The translations under genes were made by a program, and so were the position numbers. This document shows, one piece after another, positions 37,401-45,051 of a DNA stretch of 52,613 nt. This stretch comes from Pirellulales bacterium (GTDB lineage: Bacteria > Planctomycetota > Planctomycetia > Pirellulales > UBA1268), in assembly GCA_044337765.1 (NCBI GenBank), contig JBIIMX010000001.1, positions 1 to 52,613 on the forward strand. Direction: 5' to 3'. The notes beneath the pieces are model-generated. The model saw nothing but the letters and a program-made list of their open reading frames with translations. It ran no database searches and was not told where the DNA came from. Within the stretch, counting starts at the first letter, position 1; each line of letters begins with the position of its first letter.

Positions 37401-37540
37401 CTCTGGCGGTCGATCGAGTTGAGCTCGAGGACGGGCGAAAGGCTGTGAGCGGCGCAGTAGTGAAGGTAATCGCGAAGGGCTTCAAGCAACGAACTGACCG
37501 AGATGGCGTAACGCAGCCCGCCATCGTCAAACAAAAGTAA
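34439..37540 (+). CDS. Large orphan protein (1033 aa) with GrpE-like C-terminal tail
   Basis: Long uninterrupted ORF with ordinary composition, starting 18 nt after the Hsp70-like stop. No domain is recognised except the last roughly 70 aa (LEAEFGWEPFPDEDEVELGPSLAVDRVELEDGRKAVSGAVVKVIAKGFKQRTDRDGVTQPAIVKQK). This resembles the GrpE C-terminal beta-domain pattern FG.E......DP..H.A.......  G.V..V.QKGY......RPA.V.V. Confidence 0.75.
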   Translation: MGASSKEELRSQLANEFSHAADLYRQVAGLLEQSEPGLSQVCRALLAEPPGFQGQPDQIADEAASDKPQHVIHLMQWWASYGDFEAVLMSAAPSTGKPGFFASKDKGLSKAKLEIARAKVYGNQACRPLNWYVQLSKSTAKDSLCSAAVAEALRVYANGDWKTFDDLKVDFFDAVTRSIGLRMLLLCRHDRGLSEKDLCELADQLGLAVNSEPASESPATSGAVRPALWDFERSTRNIRPAFRVSGHLLPATCLVARPKSYLRMASKYESDQHAWKRERLIKAARHSWPSSQDFAKKILGLLSTPERAHNGVSALKALAGFLTLALETAPAKEQLKEKQSNFFTQLQECLKVSDTRILAVRPNTDRAFRRVPCRTAEQENRICYLKIDREDIAIGKLRRCEAEDDVFDAVWLYDLHLWAVDEVSQRSKHLGYTALMAALNQAGCWDNAWEEIKKSLLGLTSDASAEAIAQAFSALWPRVLAFRAVAAKEKSGAEQLFDEVDQLLKEMVHATLQLLEKRGGTTFPPRFSRVEQAGEIDLKQWLAEDGRWQDGHSVEIEVRSGAGPELVEAAAPTRLQMDLPGFDEHNPHDVRLVNMPGVFFWRGGDPPPYVRLIHQHVCEPIVAAFSGGSPAPVDFGTALKSLRQAFSSGDGAKAFDGLVKAAVEGNDNATRWLDYLKEEPRFQLDCFPRIENHEGKWIPSAPGGDDEYVQWDYDDRSPKTLIRVTYAMNSAASAAVFSKGPRDKFLELAAADAVNQWCVRVGGEATERGNDLLRATERHWAFDHPLGTTVRLAAELLDQIGEAGTIGKTVDPSEIDKLRDDGYQALKAWLAAVEGVVTPDDWSAREGSDPRAEDRDTLSWAFSSLVPTGRTIVHEFGVKAFDYEKPFAGALSAGKPFPGYEEIDDMSRTFWTGAWAELAAMWNRVPGLSDKNRRARVLYQIYQDLSLRETNESVSWYASAKDKLVSILEAEFGWEPFPDEDEVELGPSLAVDRVELEDGRKAVSGAVVKVIAKGFKQRTDRDGVTQPAIVKQK

Positions 37541-37573
37541 AGCCGGTGCACTAGGCCTGATTATGGAGATGGC

Positions 37574-38377
37574 ATGGGTTCGAATCTAAATGCGTTGATT
37601 AAGGAAGGTGTGGGCGGAGGCGCATCTTGGTGGCTCGACGCCCTAGGGATTGTCACGGGCATGATCGCGGCAGCTGTGATCATACTCATCGGGCGGCCCG
37701 CAGGCGGGTGGGCCCAGCAACTCGGGGCAGCCACGGTGATGGCGATCGGGATGTGTGCGGGCGCGGTCTTGCCGTTGCTGTGGCGAGTCGCCGGTGCCCG
37801 CTCCATAGGAAGCCGCTTGGCGGCGCAGCATGCTCCGCCTGACCCGAGTGGTCTTCGGAGTCGTTTTTCTGCGGGCGTATTTCAAGCCAGCAATTTGTCG
37901 CCCGATCGGTGCAGTTCCGAGGACTTACGGCGTGCCGCCGCGCACGCATCCGCCGAATTCGCACGGTTCGCGGCACGCACTGCGATTCCTGCTAGTTTCG
38001 TGGCGTTTCTGGCACCGGTGGTAGCGTTGGTTGGAGGCTGGAATGTGGCGAGGCAGGCCGGGCCGAACACCTATTCATTCCAGTCGATGGCACCGTCGAT
38101 GATCGCGGGAATCGCCTGCGCCGCCGTCGTGGTTCTGCTGATCGAGCTTTACGTGGTGGCCATGCGCGCAGCTCCGTCACGGTGGGCCACTTCCGTGGGT
38201 GGCTCGGGAACGACCAGTGTGCCTGATCATGGCTCAGGGTCGAAGTCAGGGGCCGGCGACGCCCCCCCGGATTTAAAATCAGGTTCTACGATCGACGTTC
38301 CGCCCGTAGCAAAGGGAATGTCGGTGGACGAGTTCACCAGACTATTTGATGGCCCGGGCACATCCGGCGATTCGTGA
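37574..38377 (+). CDS. Polytopic membrane protein, hypothetical
   Basis: 267 aa with at least four hydrophobic segments (LGIVTGMIAAAVIILIG, ATVMAIGMCAGAVLPLLW, FVAFLAPVVALVGGW, MIAGIACAAVVVLLIELYVV) and a Gly/Ser-rich tail. Its stop overlaps the C2 start (GTGA). Confidence 0.7.
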   Translation: MGSNLNALIKEGVGGGASWWLDALGIVTGMIAAAVIILIGRPAGGWAQQLGAATVMAIGMCAGAVLPLLWRVAGARSIGSRLAAQHAPPDPSGLRSRFSAGVFQASNLSPDRCSSEDLRRAAAHASAEFARFAARTAIPASFVAFLAPVVALVGGWNVARQAGPNTYSFQSMAPSMIAGIACAAVVVLLIELYVVAMRAAPSRWATSVGGSGTTSVPDHGSGSKSGAGDAPPDLKSGSTIDVPPVAKGMSVDEFTRLFDGPGTSGDS

Positions 38378-40158
38378 AGGTTACCGTGTCTCGTTCAGGC
38401 GAACCGCAGTTATCGCCGTTCATCATAGCCACGCCGTGGGCGGTGTGGGTCTACGTGTTGTCGCTCGTTTGCTGCCTTCTGCCTCAGGGCGAGAAAAGCG
38501 AGCCTTTAGAAAGATCCGTCCTCACCGTCTCGAACTCCACAGTTCATGTGCCTGAGAACGCACCAAATGGGCTCGCGAACGCGGTGGCTTTCGAACTAAG
38601 CAAGCCGCTCGACTTTCGCCTCGAGGTGCCGGTGACCGTGACTGACGGCTCGGCGAGGCTGGGGGAACACTACGCCATGCGGCGCCGGCCGCGGGTGATT
38701 TTCGAGGCAGGTTCCAAGCAGGGCGTGCTGTCTGGAGACGGCGATGGATGCGACGTGGTCATCACTGACGACCACGAACTGCTCGACGGGGAGCCACGCT
38801 CTTTCGACATCACGCTCGGAACGGTTGAAGGCATCGTGGAACTGGACGCGAGCCGATCGACGTGCCGCGTCAGCATCGATGATGACGAGAAACCACCCAC
38901 CTCTCGCGTCAAGATCCGGTTCGCTTTCAGTGGTGGCGAATTGACGGAGTCGCAGGTCGCAGGTCATTCGCTTTCGGTGCAAGCGGAAAAGGCCCCGGAG
39001 GAAAAGTCGGAGATGACCGTCGTCGTCCAACTGCAGTCCGGCAAGGAGCCGAAGGATCTTGGACGCAAGACTTTCTTCCTCGAACCAGGGCAGACCGCAC
39101 TCACGTTCCGCGTGTCCGACGTTGTGCCGCTCGAACAGCTGAAAGCCTTCGGCCTGACCGATGACGATGCTCCTGGGCCATCTTCGGAGATCATCGTGCG
39201 GCTGCGCGGCCAGCATCCGCTCTACGCCGACGAACCACGGGACCTTACGTTCCGGGTGACCGACAACGACCCAGCCGCGAAACTGTCCATGGCGATCCAA
39301 GACACGGCCGGCCAACCACTCGACCGAATCCTGCCCGGCTCCCCCTTCTGGGTCGTCGCCGATGTGGATCGCGGACTCCGCCTCGGATTGCCCCTTCAAA
39401 TCAACCTCGACAAGGGCGGCCCGATTGTCACCGGCACGCTCGCCGCAGGAGAGCGAAGCGTCCGTCTCGGACCACTGAGTGCAAGCCCGGGCCCTGAAAG
39501 GACGATCGAGGTCGCGATGGCGGTGCCCGCGAACGCGGCTGCGCGACCCTTCGTCGAGCTGCCCGTTCCCGAGAGTCTTCCCAAGGGGCCCAAGGACGAC
39601 AGTCGATTCGCGGTGATCGTCGTCAACACGTCGCGACTGCGGGAACCGGACAATGGCATCCTGGAGGCCGTGTGGAAATACATGATACCGAACGGAAAAT
39701 CTTCCTTCCGGAATGGCATGCTGCTCGTGGGGCCGGCGCGACCGAAGGTTCTTTCGGGAGAGACATTGCCGGTTGAGAGTGTGGGCTTCACCCCGCTCGT
39801 CAAGGACGGCCAGGGCGTCTCAGCGCAACTGAACAAGGTCTTGGAAGTCGTTTCGTACGTGCGGCAGGAGAACCAAGATCCCACCATCCGCATCGTCGTT
39901 GTCTGGGCAGAACGCGGCCTCGAATCGTCAGTCGCGGCATCCCGACTAAAGCCCATCGACCGGGAGAAGTATGGACCGATCTCGTTCCTCTGCCCGAGCG
40001 CTGACGTCGATGGCAGGGGTGCGATACGAGATGCCCTCGTCGGAGTCGGCAGCGCCGATGTCGAAAGCGTGACCGTTCGCTGCCCGGACGTGGACGAATT
40101 ATCCGAGCACATTCGCTGGGCGATCGATGGATTCCGAGCACCGGAAAAGACCAAGTGA
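38374..40158 (+). CDS. Exported/anchored protein C2 with Calx-beta-like repeats (paralog of C1)
   Basis: 594 aa with an N-terminal hydrophobic segment. Calx-beta-like unit: VPVTVTDGSARLGEHYAMRRRPRVIFEAGSKQGVL...VVITDDHELLDGEPRSFDITLGTVEG, with further similar units. The C-terminal two-thirds aligns with C1 (GSPFWVVADV, AGERSVRLGP, IRIVVVWAERGLE, ISFLCPSAD). Confidence 0.8.
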   Translation: MKVTVSRSGEPQLSPFIIATPWAVWVYVLSLVCCLLPQGEKSEPLERSVLTVSNSTVHVPENAPNGLANAVAFELSKPLDFRLEVPVTVTDGSARLGEHYAMRRRPRVIFEAGSKQGVLSGDGDGCDVVITDDHELLDGEPRSFDITLGTVEGIVELDASRSTCRVSIDDDEKPPTSRVKIRFAFSGGELTESQVAGHSLSVQAEKAPEEKSEMTVVVQLQSGKEPKDLGRKTFFLEPGQTALTFRVSDVVPLEQLKAFGLTDDDAPGPSSEIIVRLRGQHPLYADEPRDLTFRVTDNDPAAKLSMAIQDTAGQPLDRILPGSPFWVVADVDRGLRLGLPLQINLDKGGPIVTGTLAAGERSVRLGPLSASPGPERTIEVAMAVPANAAARPFVELPVPESLPKGPKDDSRFAVIVVNTSRLREPDNGILEAVWKYMIPNGKSSFRNGMLLVGPARPKVLSGETLPVESVGFTPLVKDGQGVSAQLNKVLEVVSYVRQENQDPTIRIVVVWAERGLESSVAASRLKPIDREKYGPISFLCPSADVDGRGAIRDALVGVGSADVESVTVRCPDVDELSEHIRWAIDGFRAPEKTK

Positions 40159-42149
40159 CACAATTCACGCTGCTGATTCGGACATCGTTTTTGGTATGTG
40201 TCGTCGCACCCGCCTGCATAGTGGCAGCAGGCGGACGGAATGCCCATGCGCAGAGCGGTGCGCCACGCGCATCGCCGCCATCGACCGCGGCACACACCAC
40301 GTTTGTGCCGGACACGCTGATCCCGCGGCTCGCCATGGGGGTGAGACGAGGAGTCAAGGACTCGAGAGAGGTCGCCGAATTGAGGGACCGACCGGGCGGT
40401 GCGATCGTAGGACGAGTTCCACTGTTTTCAGCGATGTTCGTCCACGCTGAACAACGACTCGACTCCCAGGACTGGGTTCTGCTCGCCAGCGGGTACGCGG
40501 GCGACAAGGCAGGCAAGCGGGGCTGGGTGCCCCGCTCCGATATCGAGGTGTTTTCAACCCGCTACGGCTACGTCTTGCACGACACGGGAAACGCGACGGA
40601 GTTTTTCCCGACGCCCGGGGACGCCTACGCGATCGTCCCCGGAATCGGCCCCAAGGGCCAAGCGACGCCCTCGCAGTCGGCCTCCGTGCTTGGGCGGCCG
40701 GACGCCGCTGGCTGGCAGCCGTTGCGGCGAACTGACCAGATGCCCTTCATGGAGTTGGAATTTGATCGGCGGTCTGGTTATCCGTCGACCACTCCATCGA
40801 TTGCGACGCCGTACGACGGCCGGCTTGTACGCGTCGGAGTCATTTGTGGCGGCCCGGTCGACAAGGTGGAGCTTGCGAGGCTCAAGGAAGAGGCCGACCG
40901 GAAGCCCGCGATCGAGATGTTGTTTGTCGTCGATGAGACGTTGAGTATGGGCCCATTCTTCCCTGGTGTGTCTGACTTCATCCGAGCGGTAGGCCAGGCG
41001 GCGGGCAACGGCCGGCAACCCCGAATCGCTGTTTCGTACTACACGGATGGACCAGCAGGTGAAAGAACGACCTGTGAGCCTTTGCGAAACGCGACGCCAC
41101 AGTTTGTCACGGCATTGGCGAATTCGGTGAAGCAGCACAAGCAGAAGATTCCCCCTGGAGACTTCATCAATCCGCCGGAGCGGATGCTTGAGGGGATGCG
41201 GGACGCGATCCAGAAGGCAGGATTTACAAAAGGTAACACGTCGATCGCCGTGGTGATCGGCGACACCGGCCACGAGCCGACGGACCCTGACAAGAAGAGA
41301 TTGCTCGACGGAGTGGCCGGAGTGGTTGCTGACCACGGCCTCATGGTCTTCTTCGTGCATGTAGGCCTAGCGAACAATCAAATGAACCCGGCTCAACAAC
41401 TGTTCAAGGATGACATGCTTGCATTGCAGACGCGTGTCGCCAAGCGTGACAAAGCTCTTGCCGATCGCGTCATATACACCACGGCGAATGCCGGCAACCT
41501 GACCGCGGAACTCGAGGGATTACGGCGCGAGGCTGACCGATTGGCCGAGCAGGCCCAGTTGATGGCTGGCCGTATCACCTCGCGCAACACCAACACGATG
41601 CCGGGGCCGGCCCTGGTCGCCACGATGAAGCAGGACGGCGTGACCTTGGCCCAATTCAACGACGCGCATCAGCAAATCTACGTGCCAAGCTATGCGTGGA
41701 TGGCATCACCGAGAGACGCGGGGGCGAATGGCGGATCTCGCGCCCGTCTGTCGAGATACATCTGCCTCGCCGCGGAGGAACAACAGGCACTCGCCGCCCT
41801 GCTGGAGTCGGCGCAGAGGAATGTTGACGCTGGATTGGCCGTCGATCACGACAATGCCGTGCAGGCGTTCGTGCAGTCGCTGCGGGCTGCAACGACGGGC
41901 TCAGCCGCCGTGGAAGCCGCTCACGCGAACTGGAAGAAACTGGGGCCCGATCGAACGGCCGGCGGATTTCTCCACAAATTCCTTGGCCTCGGCATCCAAG
42001 CAGAGATGCTTTTCAGTTCGAGCCCACCAGGCAACACTGAAGAGATGGCCGATGCGAAAAACTCACTGCAGGCCCTGACGACCGTGGTACGCGAGGCCAG
42101 CCGTGACAAAGACAGGTTTTGGTTCGAGGCCACCAGCCTGGCGCCATGA
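40155..42149 (+). CDS. Exported vWA domain protein V2 (paralog of V1)
   Basis: 664 aa. Signal-like FLVCVVAPACIVAAG. MIDAS-like MLFVVDETLSM and VIGDTGHEPTDP. Shares LAMGVRR, ICGGPVD, NPPERMLEGMRD and FWFEATSLAP with V1. GTGA overlap with C2. Confidence 0.8.
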   Translation: MTQFTLLIRTSFLVCVVAPACIVAAGGRNAHAQSGAPRASPPSTAAHTTFVPDTLIPRLAMGVRRGVKDSREVAELRDRPGGAIVGRVPLFSAMFVHAEQRLDSQDWVLLASGYAGDKAGKRGWVPRSDIEVFSTRYGYVLHDTGNATEFFPTPGDAYAIVPGIGPKGQATPSQSASVLGRPDAAGWQPLRRTDQMPFMELEFDRRSGYPSTTPSIATPYDGRLVRVGVICGGPVDKVELARLKEEADRKPAIEMLFVVDETLSMGPFFPGVSDFIRAVGQAAGNGRQPRIAVSYYTDGPAGERTTCEPLRNATPQFVTALANSVKQHKQKIPPGDFINPPERMLEGMRDAIQKAGFTKGNTSIAVVIGDTGHEPTDPDKKRLLDGVAGVVADHGLMVFFVHVGLANNQMNPAQQLFKDDMLALQTRVAKRDKALADRVIYTTANAGNLTAELEGLRREADRLAEQAQLMAGRITSRNTNTMPGPALVATMKQDGVTLAQFNDAHQQIYVPSYAWMASPRDAGANGGSRARLSRYICLAAEEQQALAALLESAQRNVDAGLAVDHDNAVQAFVQSLRAATTGSAAVEAAHANWKKLGPDRTAGGFLHKFLGLGIQAEMLFSSSPPGNTEEMADAKNSLQALTTVVREASRDKDRFWFEATSLAP

Positions 42150-42168
42150 ACCAATGTTGCCTGAAATG

Positions 42169-42765
42169 CTAGCGGCATTCGCACGCTTGGCTATTTGAAA
42201 CGCCTGTCGAAAAGCCTGACCAGGGAGCGATCCCAACAGGATTCATTCCGTATCCCCATCCCGACTGACTGCCGCTCTCGATTGGGGAGGAATAGACGGG
42301 GCGGTAGTGTGACTGCCGCGTGCTGGATTCGTGGATGGCGGGATCGATGAAAATCACCATAACGCGGTCGCTGATCGCCATATCCCGCTCTTGGCGAATC
42401 ACGGCCTCGACCACACGGGCGATCTTGGATGGACCGGAACTCCGAGTCGCCAGAGATACGTCGGGCCCAGCGTCGATCGCGATGAGAATTCCGCGATCAC
42501 GGCTGTAAAAATGCCAGTCGGCTGGGGCGGCAGTGACGATCCTCACCAGTTCAGCGTTCTCAAAAGCCGACCCTTCCTTGCTATCCGTGTATTCAGTTTT
42601 GATGTAGTCCGCGCTCTTAGACGCAATATCGGCACCGTGAGCAACGACCCACCTCCCCTCTGGGGCTGAGATTTGGCCGCATGCAACGTCGCACACAAGA
42701 GCGATGAGAAGGCATGCGGCTGCTCTGACCGGCATAATACGCATAATCCGCAAGCTCCTGGCCAC
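42169..42765 (-). CDS. Small exported protein X2 (paralog of X1), Cys-containing C-terminal tail
   Basis: 198 aa. Signal peptide VRAAACLLIALVCDVACG. Blocks shared with X1. Ends in SQACECR. Convergent with V2 across a 19-nt gap. Confidence 0.7.
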   Translation of the reverse strand: MARSLRIMRIMPVRAAACLLIALVCDVACGQISAPEGRWVVAHGADIASKSADYIKTEYTDSKEGSAFENAELVRIVTAAPADWHFYSRDRGILIAIDAGPDVSLATRSSGPSKIARVVEAVIRQERDMAISDRVMVIFIDPAIHESSTRQSHYRPVYSSPIESGSQSGWGYGMNPVGIAPWSGFSTGVSNSQACECR

Positions 42766-42932
42766 CTCAAATTTCCGAGTTTAAAAGACCTTAGCTCAGG
42801 AAGATGGGTTGTCAAGTTGGGACGGCGCGCCACCCTGCATGGCTGACAACCCGCCTGGCACCAAGTGGGGTATCTGTATTTCCAATGCGGGCTACCATCT
42901 CTTGTTCTTATCTGCCTTTTTGAAGGCAGCCA

Positions 42933-43616
42933 TCAGAACCGGGCTCCCGCAGCCCCGACGGCGAGCGCCCACCAGACCCCCGTCGTCACGCACCCGAGCG
43001 TACCAATACCGCCGAGGATTGCACCCGCGATCGCCAGGCCGCGATTCGCCTGATTCGTCCCGTTTAAAGCAACGAGACTCAAAATAAACCCCAGTGGTGC
43101 GGTGCAGCCGAGCATGGAGAGTACGAACCCGGCAATGGCCATGCCGTTGGATGCTTCCGCTTTTGGCTCTTCCCCCTTTCCGACGAACAGAGCCAATTCA
43201 GGAATCGATCGTACGACGACCCACTTATCCCACCCCTGTTTGCAGACAACATCGTCTTTTTTGATGATGCCGCTGGCCAGATACTGCTGCAGGGTTGCAA
43301 GAGGCACCGGGTCCGGTTGCTGCGTGCCGTGCAGCACGATAAACCAAAGATCCTGGCTTGGGCTTAGCTCGGGGTTGGTTATCGCAGGCACCGAGGCCCC
43401 GTTCTCAATTACGGGCGCGGGGACAACACTCGGTTTCCGGAATATCTCCGGAAAATCACCGGCCTTTCTCCAGTCAACGCCGTCTCGCGAAACTTCCGAA
43501 CGGCTGCCCACCATGCCACGTTGCACTCGCTGCTGCATCTCGGACAGCGCAAATGGACCGAGCGTACTGCCTCGCACCCGGAAGAAATAGGGACGGGAAT
43601 CGCCTGTATCGTTCAT
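42933..43616 (-). CDS. Tandem GYF_2 (DUF4339) domains + DUF4190-like membrane domain protein
   Basis: I use the internal ATG at 43616 (MNDTGDSRPYFFRVRGSTLGPFALSEMQQRVQRGMVGSRSEVSRDGVDWRKAGDFPEIF). Second GYF_2: LWFIVLHGTQQPDPVPLATLQQYLASGIIKKDDVVCKQGWDKWVVVRSIPELA. The C-terminal Gly/Ala-rich double-TM region (GMAIAGFVLSMLG...GLAIAGAILGGIG) is typical of DUF4190. Confidence 0.7.
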   Translation of the reverse strand: MNDTGDSRPYFFRVRGSTLGPFALSEMQQRVQRGMVGSRSEVSRDGVDWRKAGDFPEIFRKPSVVPAPVIENGASVPAITNPELSPSQDLWFIVLHGTQQPDPVPLATLQQYLASGIIKKDDVVCKQGWDKWVVVRSIPELALFVGKGEEPKAEASNGMAIAGFVLSMLGCTAPLGFILSLVALNGTNQANRGLAIAGAILGGIGTLGCVTTGVWWALAVGAAGARF

Positions 43617-43656
43617 AGCGGGTAGCTCGCACAACCAAGAGGCGTCACCGGGTAGA

Positions 43657-45051
43657 TCATGCCCCTGACCGCCTGACCGCAGATATGAAGAAGACGCCAA
43701 CGACAAAAAGAATAAACACGAGCAGCAGGCCAACAACGGCGGCGATCGCAATTTTTTCCTTGTAAACGATGCGATCACGGCTCGCTTTCACCAAGTTACG
43801 GCAGGCCTCGAGTTCGGCGAGGCGAGCATTCGTCGAGGTGGGCACCAAGCCCGGACTCCTTTCGCACAGCCTTTTCGTCGCAATACGCAGGTCGCTCTCA
43901 CGTCGTAGCCACTCCGCGGACCGCTGCTTGAACTCCTCCCAGCCGACTGCAGATTCGGGGGCTTTTTCGATCAGTTTCTGAATGTCGTCTTCTTTCTTGC
44001 CGAATGCCGCCCTTCCTTCCTCGAACTGCTCCTGTTGGGCAAGCCACGCGAGCGACTGCTTGGCCGACTTTTCGACCGCCTTTGCCTGCTCGAGAAACTT
44101 CATTTCGATGGCGACCGCTGACGTCTCCGGCACCGAATTGGCAAGCTGCAGTGCCTGGACGAAGTCTTTTCGGAGCGAGAGAAAATGCCCCTTCGCCTGG
44201 ATCGCGGCATTGAGCATCACTGGAAACGAAGGCGAGTAGACATTTTGAATGTGGGACAAGTCGCGACACCTCACTGCGAGCAGCGAGGCGGCCTCCTCGA
44301 GCGAATGAATTCCGTCGCGACATGTAAAAAGGTGTGGCACGGCCTTGGTGAGCGCGGCAAGAGGTCCTGAGAGCTGCCCCTCCCAGTCCACGGCTTTCAC
44401 CTCCTCAATAAGGCGCGCAAGTTTCGTAAAGTTCCGTGTCTCAATTGCAGCGCGGACTTCCGCCTCAATCTGACCGGCTCGCTGGCGGCGGATCGGCGCA
44501 ATCATGTCGGTCCAGATTCCGCGGCCCGGGTCGATATTGCGGATCGAGGTGAGGAGCGTCAGCCGCGTGCCAAGATCACCACGAAGGAGGACATTTCTCC
44601 GGAACGCATCGAGTTGATCTTTCAACCAGTGACCGGAGACGCTCTGGGAGGACAATTCCTCGAACATGGCGCCTACCATGCCCCGAAGTTCGCGGTCGAA
44701 CTGCGGCACCGAAACTTCACGTGCATCGAGCGCTTCCTTCCAAGCCGCCCAGCCATCCCTGTCAAATGGCTCGAGCAGTCGCTCTCCCACTTCGAAGAAG
44801 CCCTCAGCGTGCCACTGCTTCGCCTCGTCGCGCAGTCCACGGCTGGCGAGTTGCCAGCACGTATAGAGTGATGCATTCCACTCATCGACAGCCTCCGTCC
44901 ACTCCGCCATCCGGCCTATCAAAAGATCCATACCTGTTTCGCCGCCTATATCGAGAGCGGTTTTGACCGCGGCAGCAATCTCGCGCCACTGCTCCAGCCG
45001 CTCATACGTGATGGCCGGAGGCGTGCCCGTGTTTCCGTCGGGTGGACTCAT
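43657..45051 (-). CDS. All-helical, C-terminally tail-anchored protein (possible GTPase-associated helical component)
   Basis: 464 aa. Composition suggests a helix-rich protein. Single C-terminal TM (IAIAAVVGLLLVFILFVVGVFFISAV). ATGA overlap with the upstream GAP1-like gene. Confidence 0.65.
   Translation of the reverse strand: MSPPDGNTGTPPAITYERLEQWREIAAAVKTALDIGGETGMDLLIGRMAEWTEAVDEWNASLYTCWQLASRGLRDEAKQWHAEGFFEVGERLLEPFDRDGWAAWKEALDAREVSVPQFDRELRGMVGAMFEELSSQSVSGHWLKDQLDAFRRNVLLRGDLGTRLTLLTSIRNIDPGRGIWTDMIAPIRRQRAGQIEAEVRAAIETRNFTKLARLIEEVKAVDWEGQLSGPLAALTKAVPHLFTCRDGIHSLEEAASLLAVRCRDLSHIQNVYSPSFPVMLNAAIQAKGHFLSLRKDFVQALQLANSVPETSAVAIEMKFLEQAKAVEKSAKQSLAWLAQQEQFEEGRAAFGKKEDDIQKLIEKAPESAVGWEEFKQRSAEWLRRESDLRIATKRLCERSPGLVPTSTNARLAELEACRNLVKASRDRIVYKEKIAIAAVVGLLLVFILFVVGVFFISAVRRSGA

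Noticed and set aside
22488-42765. Whether the two modules are a recent inverted segmental duplication or an assembly artefact.
   Set aside because: The paralogs are clearly diverged at protein level and differ in domain content (Calx-beta versus Cys array). This is an old duplication, not a misassembly.
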